Shown piece after piece: positions 52,001-64,000 of a stretch of 64,000 bases of DNA. A program made the translations under genes and the position numbers. Origin of the DNA: Okamejei kenojei (Eukaryota); NCBI GenBank assembly GCA_035221665.1, contig JAVHYY010000086.1:248001-312000 (forward strand). The letters are read 5' to 3'. The stretch's first letter is position 1; the number at the start of each line of letters is the position of its first letter. The notes under the pieces were generated by a model, which made no database searches, was not told the DNA's origin, and saw only the letters and a program-made list of their open reading frames with translations.

Positions 52001-53273
52001 CAAAGCTGACCATTCGTATATAAGGGTAAATGTTCAGATATCGACTGAATTATATGATTGTTCAGATGTGGACTGAATTTGATTGTACCGCTGCTGGCAT
52101 ATTTATTTCACTGCACTTATGTGTGTATGTGATGAATAAAACTGATTGATTGATTGATTGAGTGAAATAATTCCACGGTTCCCGAGTAGGTGTGACAATA
52201 AAATACCATTGAATAATTGAACGTCAGAGAGATCCAGAGCCAGAGAGAATAAATTGTGTTTGATTCACACTTACTTGGCAGAAGCGCTCTCAAAAAGCAG
52301 AAATACAAAAATCGCTTAGCATCCGTTCGGACTGTAGATTGTGTAGATGCAACAAACAGGGTCACGAAGAAGTAACTTTAGAGAGGGTACACAGACACCT
52401 TAAAGTCGTCAGTACTTTATTAAGCATACATTATACATAGCCCTGGCTGTACGTGGTCTGTCACGAACACTAGAGAGAGAGCTAGGGGCGTGTGGGTTAC
52501 AATTATACTAACTGGTGGGGGAGTGGTTAGCATGGACATCGTTACTATCAATTAAAGGTGTACACACATATCATGTGTGACAGGGCGACCACGTCTCATG
52601 CAGGGTGAGTGCAGTGAAGCACAGGGATACAGGATCACACGTAATCGCCGTAACAGACCGGCGGCCTGACCAGGCGACCATCCGCATCTGGGGCATGGTG
52701 GGGGCTACGAACTTGTCGACCTCTCTGCGTCACTACCTGTTGTCTCTGTTGGTGCAGTGGGGATCGGTGGGGACGGGAGAGGGCGAACACGTAACGCTTC
52801 ACTTGGAGCTGAGGCAGGTTTAAGACAGTTCGTTTTATTGCCGGAGCGCACTTTCGATTGAGGGATTCAACTGGGGTAGCTGAAGCCTTTGTCTGGATTT
52901 TTAAACGGTGGGTCTGGTCTTCGCATAATGTAATGGGAATGGATAATCCTCATCATTAAGATAATTACTCAGTGATCTTAAAGATATCATTCACCACATT
53001 TCTCTAGACTCTCTTAGGACATACATCAGATAGAACATCATATATTTGGTTCGCCAGACACGATAAGATTCATCGTGAATTCAAAGCGCTAAATTCAAGC
53101 GTCAGGGTTATGTCTGCAATTTTATTTTCTTGAACATCAAGGCTCGCGTTACCGTTAGGTGAATTCTCTTTACAATGAAACGGGAAAAGCTATTGTTGTC
53201 AGTGTCATCGATTATTCTTGTTAATAAGACAAGGCCATCTTCCTTTGCCCATCGGTTTTGGGACAAGTATCTC

Positions 53274-54887
53274 CAGTGGCTTGCAAAAGTATTTATACCC
53301 CTTGAAATTTTCCACATTTTGTCACATTACAACCACAAACTTAAATGTATTGTATTGGGATTTTATGTGATAAACCACCACAAAGTGGGGCATAATTGTG
53401 AAGTGTAAGGAAAATGATACATGGTTTCCAAATTTTATTACAAATAAAAAATTGAAAAGCGTGGCGTGCAAAAGTATTCAGCCCTCCTGAGTCAATACTT
53501 TGTAGAACCACCTTTCGCTGCAATTGCAGCTGCAAGTCTTTTGGGGTATGTCTCTACCAGGTTTGCACATCTAGAGACTGAATTTTTTCCCCATTCTTCT
53601 TTGCAAAACAGCTCAAGCTCAGTCAGAGTGGATGGAGAGCGTCTGTGAACAGCAATTATCAAGCCTTGCCAGAGATTCTCAATTGGATTTAGGTCTGGAC
53701 TGACTGGGCCATTCTAACACATGAATATGCTTTGATCTAAACCATTCCGTTATAGCTCTGGCTGTATGTTTAGGGTCGTTGTCCTGCTGGAAGGTGAACC
53801 TCCACCATAGTCTCAAGTCTTTTGCAGACTCTAACAGGTGTTCTTCCAAGACTGCCGTGTATTTGCCTCCATCCATCTTCCCATCAACTCTGACCAGCTT
53901 CCCTGTCCATGCTGAAAAAAAACCCATCCCCACAGTATGATGTTGCCACCACCATGTTTCACGGTGGGGACGGTGTGTTCAGGGTGATGTGCAGTGTTAG
54001 TTTTTCACCACACATAGCGTTTTGCATTTAGGCCAAAAACTTCAATGTTGGTCTCATAAGACCAGAGGACCTTCCTCCACTTGTTTGCTGTGCCCCCCAC
54101 ATGGCTTGTGGCAAACTGCAAACGGGACTTCTAATGGCTTTGTTTCAACAATGGCTTTCTTCTTGCCACTCTTCCATAAAGGCCTGATTTGTGGAGTTCA
54201 CGACTAATAGTTGTCCTGTGGACAAATTCTCCCACCTGAGCTGTGGATCTCTGCAGCCCCTCCAGAGTTACCATGGGCCTCTTGGCTGCTTCGCTGATCA
54301 ATGCTCTCCTTGCCCGGCCTGTCAGTTTAGGTGGACAGCCATGTCTTGGCAGGTTTGCAGTTTGCAGTACCATACTCTGTCCATTTTCGGATGATGGATT
54401 GAACAGTGCTCCGTGAGATGTTCAAAGCTTGGGATAATTTTTTTTATAACCTAACCCTGCTTTAAACTTCTCCACAACTTTATTCCTGACCTGTCTGATG
54501 TGTTCCTTGGGCTTCATGATGCTGTTTGTTCACTAATATTCTCTAACAAACCTCTGAGGCCTTCACAGAACAGCTGTATTTATACTGAGATTAGGTTACA
54601 CACAAGTGGACTCTATTTACTAATTAAGTGACTTCTGAAGTCAATTGGTTGCACTGGATTATATTTAGAGTAAAGGGGGCTGAATATTTTGCACGCCACA
54701 CTTCTCAGTTTTTTATTTGTAAAAAAAAAATGAAAACCATGTATCATGTTCCTTCCACTTCACAATTATGCGCCACTATGTTGGTGGTCTATCACATCAA
54801 ATCCCAATAAAATACATTTACGTTGTGGTTGTAACGTGACAAAATGTGGAAAAGTTCAAGGGGTATGGATACTTTTGCAAGCCACTG
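53274..54887 (-). mobile_element. Tc1/mariner DNA transposon, ~1.6 kb, both long TIRs, decayed transposase
   Basis: TIR CAGTGGCTTGCAAAAGTAT...TTTTCCACATTTTGTCAC at both ends (~200-bp IRs); TA at the right junction; transposase pieces GCPPKLTGRARRALI..ARRKPLL and FQQDNDPKH..WPSQS. Confidence 0.93.
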
Positions 54888-55053
54888 TATTTCCCTTGGC
54901 AATGAAACGAAGATGAAAATGAATAGTGAACGCAGAATAGTACAGGAATTTGTCCCCATATTTGTTTCGAATACGGTTCTAAGATAAACGAACATTATCC
55001 GCCTACACATGATCTATATTCCTATTTGCATGTCTAAGTGCCTAAATGACAGT

Positions 55054-55136
55054 TACCAGGAGTAGGGTTCGAACTCACGTGAACACTCGTTCATTGTATC
55101 TTCAGTCCAACGCCTTAACCACTCGGCCATCCTGGT
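55054..55136 (-). tRNA. tRNA-Leu(UAA)-derived sequence with anticodon changed to GAA; probable pseudogene
   Basis: ACCAGGATGGCCGAGTGGTTAAGGCGTTGGACT-GAA-GATACAATGAACGAGTGTTCACGTGAGTTCGAACCCTACTCCTGGTA; 83 nt, long variable arm; mismatches in anticodon and T stems. Confidence 0.8.
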
Positions 55137-56814
55137 ATTTGGAAGTAAAGGCATTTCTGAGCATAAATGTTGATTTTCAAATCGTTATTATTCGCGATTG
55201 GCCTGTGAGGAGCAATCTAAAACAAGGGAAGGCCCGTGTTTTTCCAGACGAGTGCACTACTTCCATCTGCTGGAAAGCGCCAGTAGTTCACCCGGTGTCC
55301 ACATATTCGGTTCAGTGCAGTTGTGCAAGCAATCGCCCATGGTATCCATCACATCATTCGATTATCCGAACACAGAAAAAAGCATAACGGAGACATTGGG
55401 AATTATTTTATTGTGAGAATAATTTAACTTGACTTGACATCATGTGTGGCGCCGTCATTGTATGTATGCCTGTGTGTGCGTTGGGGGGAGGGTCTGTTCC
55501 CGATTATACTGTTAAATGTTCCGTGTTTCAAATGTTTATTAATAATCTTATATAGGTGTTAAAGCCATGAGGGGAGCTACACAGTATCTTGCCCAGACTA
55601 GGTGAAACGAGGCCCAGATGACGTAAGTTTAAGAGGGGGAACGATTTAATAGGAATCTGAGGGGTAACCCTTTGACACGAAGTTTGTGTGGGGTGGTGGG
55701 GTATGCAACAAGCTGCCAGAGGTTTAATGACCAGTTGCACATGTACCTGGCTTGGAAGGAATTGGGTCAAACACGGGCAAGTGGGACTAATGTAGCTGGG
55801 ACATGTTAGCCGATGTGGGTAAGCTGGGCCGAATGGCCAGGGTCCACGCTGTATAACTATATATCCATGACTCTCTATCATAAATTTGAGGTTGATAGTC
55901 TTTAAACTCGAACAAAAGCAGTCAATAAAAAGATGCCAATGCCGGCATCACCGTTTGGGTAACGGAAACTCAATAGTTAAATGAGCGCAAATGGGTGGAA
56001 CAACAGGTGTGTTGACAGGTGGCGTTTCCGAATAGAATAGTTGACAATGAAACTCTATTCAGTGAGCAAACGCCGAATTATATCCTGTCTCATTGCTGAT
56101 TAGCTCACCGCAGAATGAACAAGAAGGAACCCATCAGAATCGAACCACTTTGTTTTCCGATTCGACATCAGTTCCAAGATCATTTCTTCTTCGATTTGCC
56201 TAATCAAGTCCCTAGTCGTTTGCTTACCCCGTGTATCTGATTCGTGACGTTCGAATGGGGGCGCAGGTCATCGTGAACGTTTCTCCCAAAAAACAACAGG
56301 ACGGAGATGAAAACCATGGTATAGCTTCTGACAAATTTAGTATCTAAGATGAAACCGGGAAATAATTAACATGGAAAGGGAAAGTATATAAATACTGGAA
56401 AACCAAAGTCAAGTCAGAAATTGATGCCAAAACAAAGAATGCAGGAGCATGATGAAGAATTGTATCGAGTTCAGACTGCGGATCGATTAAGTTCATCCAC
56501 TGAAAGATACAGCATGGAAACAGGCCCTACGGATCACCGAATCCAAGCTCACCATGGATCTCCAGTTCATACTAGCTCTATGTTATCCCACGTTCGCATC
56601 CACTTTGTACATAGTCGGGGCAATTTGCAATAGGCATTTAATCTACAAACCTGCAGTGTGCGAGGTCACCGGATTCGCCGCAGGAAACCCATACGGCCGC
56701 TGGGAGCGCGTGCAAACTCCTCATAGACAGCACCCGAGATCAGATTCTAACCTGGTACTCGGTGGGCCGAAGTGCCTCTGCCCATACTGTAACATAACTA
56801 ATCTAAACTACAAT

Positions 56815-56900
56815 ACACTAAATTAAACAGAACTAATCTAAACTAAACTAAACTAAACTAAACGAAACTAAACGAAACTAAACTAAACCAAACTAAACGA
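56815..56900. repeat. (AAACT)n microsatellite
   Basis: Direct inspection. Confidence 0.85.
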
Positions 56901-57020
56901 AGACAATATTTAAAATGAAAAGTACCCAATTGGTCCACAATTCTCAGATTTTGGTTCACATTGCATCCTATCGCAATATAGATGTGCAATCCAATTCAGC
57001 GAAATGCGGGCGGAGTTCTT

Positions 57021-57509
57021 AGTATTTGTAAGGGCGAACAAAGCACCATACACCGTGGGGCTCAGAGCACAGTGATACACCGCGGAGTCGGAGTAAACCA
57101 CTCCGGAGATTGTCAAAGGAATGGTTTTCTTATCCAAGTCCAAATCAGCAGAGAAACTGGGCGGGAAATCTGGAGACAGATCTTGCCCGTCACTGCTGAA
57201 TCTTTTCAGTAAATATCGAGGATCTTCCCCCGGTCGTTGGACGTACCAGCATAGCGTGAAACCTGATGTGTAGGTTGAGGTTTAATTGCAGCTGAGCGTT
57301 ATTGTTTGCCCTTCCTGCGCCGTTAATTCAGATGGGTGCTGTGACACGGAATCTTCGCCAGCAGTCCCTGAAACGCAGATTATTCGAAATGAAGTGAAAT
57401 GACCATAGCGGACTTCTATTTCATTTCACGCTGACAATTCAAACAGAGACTCACCAGGAAGCGCAATCATTATCAGCAGAAAGGAACAGGAGGAACAAGA
57501 GGAACACAT
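57021..57509 (-). pseudogene. V13: TCR alpha-type V pseudogene related to V1 (leader 57455-57509, V exon 57058-57367)
   Basis: Leader MCSSCSSCSFLLIMIALP G|GTGAGT; exon GTAGEDSVSQHP...TLSCN* (TAA 57284-57282)...CWYVQRPGEDPRYLLK...DSAVYHCALS; RSS CACGGTG-21-ACAAATACT. Confidence 0.88.
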
Positions 57510-59699
57510 GGTGTCTGCTTTACAGTTAGAATACAAATCGTAGGTTACTTCTTGGAAATGTTACCCTTGCTTTCTTGTATTGCAGAATAAACTCAAAACC
57601 GAGGGAGGAGAAGGGCGGTGTTCGGGCAGGGATTGGCTGGGTATTAACCACCGTCATACGGGGACCAATGAGAATGAATATTGTGAAATGATTGGATGGC
57701 TGAATCAACATCAGTTCATTCCATGTCTCACTGACTATATTTGAGGGAATAACTAACGAATGAGCAAGGAGGACATAGGCCGCCAAGGCTTACGTAAACG
57801 CATACTATTTCCTTTACAAGGTGCGTGTGGTAATCATAAAGAAAATACTTTAACACTAGAAGCGCAAGTGTTCTTATTGAACATGGCATTTTGTCTGTAC
57901 GTAAAGGTGGTCTTTTTTTATTCTGAGCGGGCAGGCAGAATTTTCATTCCCTTTAGACTAATTGCTCGGATGAAAGGTTGTTCCAAGGAAGAATGTTCCG
58001 TAGATTTGCTTTATTAGCGGCGTAGCAGGAAAGCGTACCTTAGTCAGGCAGGCAAAAAAACATGAAACAGGTCAAACGGTGGAATCGGGCAGTGTGTTCC
58101 TCTAGTAGGAAACACTTGAAAAGGTTGGTCTTTCGCAGATGTAATGCAAAATGTCAATAGTTTGTGTATGATGTGACTCAGTAATTCCATGCGCAGAAAA
58201 CGGCAAGAAAATTGTTCCAAATTCTTCTAAATTTAGTTCACAGTTTTCAGAGCGAGGTGGGAGTTGAATTTTACGTGTACACCGGGGGGCGTGACGGCGT
58301 AGAATTAAGGGTGCCTTAATGATCGACGTATCGAGCTCCAGCGACTTACCAGCCACTTCCGCTCCTTATCCAAGTGCACTACCGTCCTTGAGGGGTTCCT
58401 GGATAAAACGCCCTATTGAGTTCTCAATGTAACTCCCAGCGTGGAGTTTACGTCTGGGATCCAAATCAAGTTGAGTTTATTGTTAAACTCAAAATTACCG
58501 CAGGGTACATTTACAATGAAATACTTGCTTGTAAGCAGCGGCACAGCCATGTAGACGCTGACAACACATCTAGCTTAAATTATACATACATTTTACACAA
58601 ATTATGTACAAGACCGTGAAATTGAAATGATCGTGAAAAACAAGACAGCAGTGCAAAACATAATTCGAAAAATAGTTATGGGACAGGTGGTCGGCGTGTT
58701 TAATGCTGGGGAACGAGTGGGGTTGAGGGCGTCGGTGGAATGATCTGATCTTTGCAGTAAATTATCTGTCCCTCAGCGTGGTGGGGTGGGAACTTCTAAC
58801 GTCCGTATCTCCAACCCGTCGGTGTCGAATGGGTGCCTTATTGCACTGACACGTTACGAGGTCCATAGCACTGCAATATTCAGTGTATTCAGCGTTAGCG
58901 CGTTGAAGTCACCAATTTTCGGTAACCCCCCCCCCCCCCCAAACAAACACACACGTTTCTCCCCTGTGTCTCAACCTGGTACGTATCAATTTCGCGCAAT
59001 ATTCCGCCCACTTCCCCCCCTTCCCCACATCCCCTTCTACCTATATCCCCTCCTCTGGTTTCACATTTAACTCCTCTTCTCTTCTCATCTTACACCCTAC
59101 CGTCTCCTTTTTATCCCTAGTTTGTGTCCACTCGTCTGCCAATCAAATTCCTTCTCACCTGCATCCACCTATCACTTGCCGGGATTTGATCGTCCTCCTC
59201 TCTTCTCTATCTTCCCCTCCACTATAATCAGTCGGTACAAATGTTCCGACCTGAAATGTACCCTCACCGTGTGATGGTGCCTGTGCGGAATAACTCCAGC
59301 ACTTCCTGTTTTTCTCCAGATTCCAGTATCTGCAGTTCCTTACTTGCGTAATTGACAAACTGAGGCAGACAACTATTACATGGCCTCTTAAATCCCCTCA
59401 GAAATCAATAAACTATGCCTGCCTAGACCAATTATCGTCCAACAACAATGCTGGCAGGGGCATTTCCATTCCTTGAAAAGAAAAATAAGAGAATGTACCG
59501 AGAAATAACAATTTCGTATGGCAATTTAATTAGAGAATTGGTTTCCCATATAGAGTTAAAATTGTATCAGGAAGGACAACCATTAATTTGAGTCGGATTG
59601 TATGCTGTTCCAATGCATGCTAATATGTTCGTTCATTCCAATAACTGTTGGAATATAATAGAAACATAAATTATGTCTCCGACCGGAAAAATGTACCGA

Positions 59700-60479
59700 T
59701 TAATTTAAAAGGGGATTTTAGAGCTCTCCGAACTTATTCTGCGTCCCCACATAGAACCATGTGTTAGTGCAGGAGCTTAGAATCTCCAGCAGTTATCCGC
59801 TTCTTTGCAGGATAAACCTTGGGTCGTTGGCATTGGTGCCGTTCGGATAAAAATTGCACGAAAATAAAATTTACAAGGAACGTCAACCGCTGCAGGATGA
59901 AACTTCTTGAGATCGTCATGAGTAAAATAACGGATTTTCTCCAGTATTCTATCTCGATGTCGTTCTGTTTAGGATCAGAAACATCACGAGGGGAACGCGT
60001 GGGTTCAGCATCCAGTGTAACCATTCATACATTCTCCGTGTCAGTAAAGTGTCATTGGCTTCTTTAAAGCCGCAGAACCAAAGCATGTTATCAATGAGCT
60101 ACATGGGCTCGTATTCAACGTAACAGGGAATATTGTTCAAACAGCATTCTTTTCCTATAACGGTGGGTGACGTCTTCTATGTGCAATATCTACTATTCGT
60201 CTTCTGGCAGCAAATGACAATGAACCGATCACAGGTGATTTCAACTGTTAGCCATGCATAAGCATCTTTGGAAAGCCAGCTTAAGTTTAAAAACGAGACT
60301 TCAGGATGGAATGGTAGACAAAACACTATGGAAAATAAATGGTCCGAAGCCGCCTTAATATCACAGCTGTGTTAATGACCAAAAATATTCCGCCACCGAC
60401 AGCTAGACCAGATAAAACGTGACACCTTTCTCAAGGCTGCGCCTTCCTTTAGAGAGAATCGCACTTGTCACCAGGTTAG
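59700..60479 (-). pseudogene. GPR139/GPR142-like GPCR pseudogene (exon 2 remnant)
   Basis: Same acceptor position as the intact gene (TACAG|CT AAC: ANLVTSAILSKG); WLTVEITCDRFIVICCQK; NNIPCY; EYWRKSVILLMTISRSFIL; ILSSCTNTWFYVGTQNKF; multiple stops and frameshifts. Confidence 0.85.
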
Positions 60480-62029
60480 CTGTACGGGAGAAGATAATTA
60501 ATAGTTAGTACACTCTCCACAGCCGACAATACCAAAGCATTGAGAGCCTGGAATGAAATGTATACATTTAAATACTGAGGGAAACGGAGGTTTTGGACTC
60601 CTCGAACTCGGTGAAAATGTTTCACGTATCTAGCATGTCCAATCTCGGAATAAATGTATATGTTTCTATAAGATCCTTGCTCATCCTAAATTTCAGTGAA
60701 TACAAGCCCAGTGGACCCATTGTTTCCTCATATGTCAGGCCCTGCAGCTTTGGTCTGTCTCTCCCTCGCTTGATGCTAATCGGGTTATCGCGCATATTTC
60801 GTGAAGGTTTGAAACATTCATCCTGTGCACACGTGGCTCGCGGAATGCAACTAGGACACATTATGTTTTCATCGCCAATTAATCAGTGCCTGTTAAAGAA
60901 GAACCCGGAAAGGAACGACCAGGAAGACAAATAAGAACGTCAGTAAGTCAGACCAGACCAGTGCATGCAAATAAACAGCTCGGAATTTGCTAAGCTAAAA
61001 CAGAATATAAAATGTTGGGAATGCTTGAAAGTGCAGTTAACATTTCTGGAGAGAGGCCTCAAGAAAGGAGGGAACATTAATTACAAAATCTATTACTGAG
61101 TGTCTTCTGGTAGCTGATAAGGTCTAGGCGACAGCAAGGGTTGTATTTCTTTTCCGCTTAGCTTCATTGAGGAATGCTGGCGATTGACGCGGAAGTGAGC
61201 TCGCCCAGCATGAAATGAGACCAGACTAAACCTGAGATTAAACCAGATAAGTGTCCATTTAATTCTATTAGGAATTTTTGACCGTTATGGTTTGTAGAGG
61301 TACATCTTCAGAGTCGCCTTCCTTTGCGTTGGCGTTCTCCTCTCCCACATTACTGTTCGCAAATACGTTCTGCATTGAGTGAGTCCGTGGCCCTTTCCAC
61401 CTATGCGTTCGCCGGACACATATGCAATAGGTTGCTTGGGGGAAAGTACCCAGTCGCATTCGCGTAATACACGGTGAATAACCATGGTGATAATAATGCA
61501 GTTGCTGTTACTGCCGATGCACTGTGAGTATTGCTTTAAATACTCCAATACTCGCGCCTGATAGCAAACACTCCCGGATCTCTGGAGAGCAGGAATCGGT
61601 GACGTTTCGGGTCGAGACCCTTGTTGGACCCAAAACGCCACCCATTCCTTTTCTCCACAGATGCTGCCAGTACCGCTGTTACACCAGCATTTTGTGTCTA
61701 CCTTCGATTCAGACCAGTACTGCAGTCATGTTCTACACTAATAGCACCAAATCACCTCCAGTTCCGTCTCTTCTCTGCGTCCCTCCCGAATCGTGTGTCT
61801 TTCTTAACCTCCGTCTCTCTGTTTCTCTCTCGCACTTTTCTGCACACTCTCTTATCTCTTGCCTTTGCCAAATCTTTCTTGCCTTTACTTCTCACTCTTC
61901 TTGTTGCCTTTGCCAAATCATTCCGAATTTTAGGCATCCACAGGAGAAGGAGACTTTCCGATTCTAAGAGAATTCCTGACAATTGAGTTAAACCAACGTG
62001 ACCCTGATTTTCAATGGTATTGGTGGTTT

Positions 62030-62800
62030 TATAACCATATAACCATATAACAATTACAGCACGGAGACAGGCCCTCTCGGCCCTTCCAGTCCGTGCCGAC
62101 CATTTGTTTTCCCCTAGTCCCATCTACCTGCACTCAGACCATACCCCTCCATTCCCTTCACGTCCATATACCTATCCACTTTACTTTTAAATGTTAAAAT
62201 CGATCCTGCCTCCACTACTTCTGCTGGAAGCTCATTCCACACAGCCACCACCCTCTGAGTAAAGAAGTTCCCCCTCACGTTACCCCTAAACTTCTGTCCC
62301 TTAATTCTCATGTCATGCTCTCTTGTTTGATGGGAAAAGCTTATCCACGTCAACTCTGTCTATCCCTTTCATCATTTTAAAGACCTCAATCAAGTCCCCC
62401 CTTAACCTTCTGCGCTCCAAAGAATAAAGACCTAACTTGTTCAACCTGTCTCTGTAACATAGTTGCTGGAACCCTGGCAACATTCTAGTAAATCTCCTCT
62501 GTACTCTCTCTATTTTGTTGACATCCTTCCTATAACTAGGCGACCAAAATTGTACACCATGCTCCAGAATTGGTCTTACCAATGCCTTGTACAATTTTAA
62601 CATTACTTCCCTACTCCTATATTCAATGCTCTGATTTATAAAGGCCAGCACACCAAAGGCTTTCTTTACCACCCTATCTACATGCGATTCCACCTTCAGG
62701 GAACTATGCACAGTTATTCCTAGATCCCTCTGTTCCACAGCATTCCTCAATTCCCTACCATTTACCATGTAATTCCTCAATTCCCTACCATTTACCATGT
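62030..62800 (-). mobile_element. CR1 LINE 3' fragment (different subfamily, (TTATATGG)-type tail)
   Basis: RDLGITVH...VRPILEHGVQFWSP...LYSLERRRLRGDLIEVFK; 30-bp tandem duplication at the 5' junction. Confidence 0.88.
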
Positions 62801-63400
62801 AGCCATAACCCAATCAAGTTGGCAGTCCAGTGCATCTGGAAATAATTTGTTGTACATCCATTAACGTGCTTTTATTTGGATTGTTATTGGATTGTTGCTC
62901 GTGGAACGCGGGAGTCTGCGGAGAGACTACATGGTTATATATAACATTGTGAGAGACATGGAAAAGGAACAATCAGAACACTTTTTCTCGGGTGAATGTC
63001 TAGGGGGCAAATTTTTAATGTGAGAGGGGGAAAGTATAAATGAGATGTGAGGGTGAAGTTTCCAGACCGAGGGTGATGGGCGTCGGGAACGCGCTGCCGG
63101 GGATAGTGGTGGATTGTGTTACTGAAGTGGCGTTTTAAGAGGCTTTTCGATAAGCACTCGGATATGTCGGGAAGAGGGGGAGATTGATCAGATGCAGGTA
63201 AATTATATTAGTTTATCTTGAAATCAAGTTCGGCAATGATATTTGTGGGCCGATGGGCCTGATCCCGTGCTATACCGTTCTATATTCTACGTAAATTCAG
63301 ATAGTCGCATTGGATTAACTGCACGCTTGGATTCGTTGTGGCAGGTTAGATGCAGAGAGGTCTCACAGCGCGCAACATCTGTGCCCCAGTAACATGCGGC

Positions 63401-63740
63401 AGTTATTGTACGAGGATTCCGTGCGTTCACGTCCCTGCCAGACTCTGCACCGTAATACGTCGCCATGTCAAGCAACAGCTGCGTAATGGTCAATCGATAC
63501 TCCGTCACCGATTGTTGGAGCACATCAGAAAATCTGCCTTTAGCGAAAGTCGCCGTATATTCAGAGGCGTTACTCATGTATCTCCCAAACCAATGTTTGG
63601 GCCTCACGGCTCTCTACTGGCGATAACAAACTATATAATATGCGGCACTGGTGTGTAGGTACAAGATAAGGTGACGTTCTGCTGCGATTGTCTCCCGCTG
63701 TATCAAGGTATCGGCAGAGCTCAGACGTGGAGTAAGGCTA
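63401..63740 (-). pseudogene. V14: decayed TCR delta-type V remnant
   Basis: NVTLSCTY...CYRQ*...ATFAKGRFSDVLQQSVTEYRLTITQLLLDMATYYGA; nonamer-like ACAATAACT at 63409-63401; heptamer lost. Confidence 0.7.
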
Positions 63741-63779
63741 AAGAAAAGTCGTGAGGTTAGAAACATAGAAACATAGAAA

Positions 63780-63850
63780 ATAGGTGCAGGAGGAGGTCAC
63801 TCGGCCCTTCGAGCCAGCACCGCCATTCATTGTGATCATGGCTGATCGGT
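63780..63850 (-). mobile_element. CR1 3' terminal fragment
   Basis: AAACATAG repeats + GGTGCAGGAG...GGCCCTTCGAGCCAGCACC. Confidence 0.75.
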
Positions 63851-64000
63851 TGATCGCTGATCGAATTAATCTCAACGGTTCGGAATAAACATAATAGGCA
63901 AGATTGAACGCATTGGCATTTACAGAACAGAAAACAGAATTCGAAACAAAAGAAATGACCGCGACCCACGAAGCTACAAATGCCGGAATCTTGAGCAAAT

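Noticed and set aside
52360-52860. Possible LTR/Gypsy remnant (minus-strand poly(A) signal, SGRR and LKPA-like motifs)
   Set aside because: Too short and degenerate to support without a database search.
61285-61480. Possible decayed V (DWV...KQPIAYV...ATLKMY)
   Set aside because: Lacks correctly spaced Cys residues, YYC and an RSS.
1-64000. D, J or C segments, 12-bp-spacer RSSs, or IgNAR/IgH-type V genes (NAR-TCR, TAILV)
   Set aside because: I found no FGxG/WGxG J motif with an RSS and no convincing C1 exon; all recognisable V exons look TCR alpha/delta-like. This was a by-eye search, so short D segments could have been missed.

Overview
Vertebrate genomic DNA, almost certainly from a cartilaginous fish (skate/ray-like, inferred from the CR1 LINE, V-SINE and Penelope repeat content). 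The window is part of a T-cell receptor alpha/delta-type variable (V) gene array. I count 14 V segments (labelled V1-V14 here, my own numbering). Most show a leader exon, a phase-1 intron, a V exon (C...W...YYC) and a 3' recombination signal sequence (RSS) with a ~23-bp spacer. Four look intact (V1, V3, V5, V11), one has an intact V exon and perfect RSS but no intact leader (V12), and the rest are pseudogenes. No D, J or C segments were found. A six-copy ~1.5-kb tandem V family occupies 1.5-9.9 kb. A duplicated cassette carrying a head-to-head V pair occupies ~20.3-30.6 kb and ~31.7-38.8 kb. Embedded among the V genes are an intact two-exon class A GPCR of the GPR139/GPR142-like type and a decayed paralogue, each ~3 kb downstream of a related minus-strand V. 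The rest is mobile DNA: a ~5-kb DIRS tyrosine-recombinase retrotransposon, many CR1 fragments, an L1-clade 3' fragment, a Tc1 transposon, Penelope remnants and SINEs. There is also a tRNA-Leu-derived pseudogene with a GAA anticodon, microsatellites and assembly gaps. Family names come from motif recognition, not database searches; repeat boundaries are approximate.
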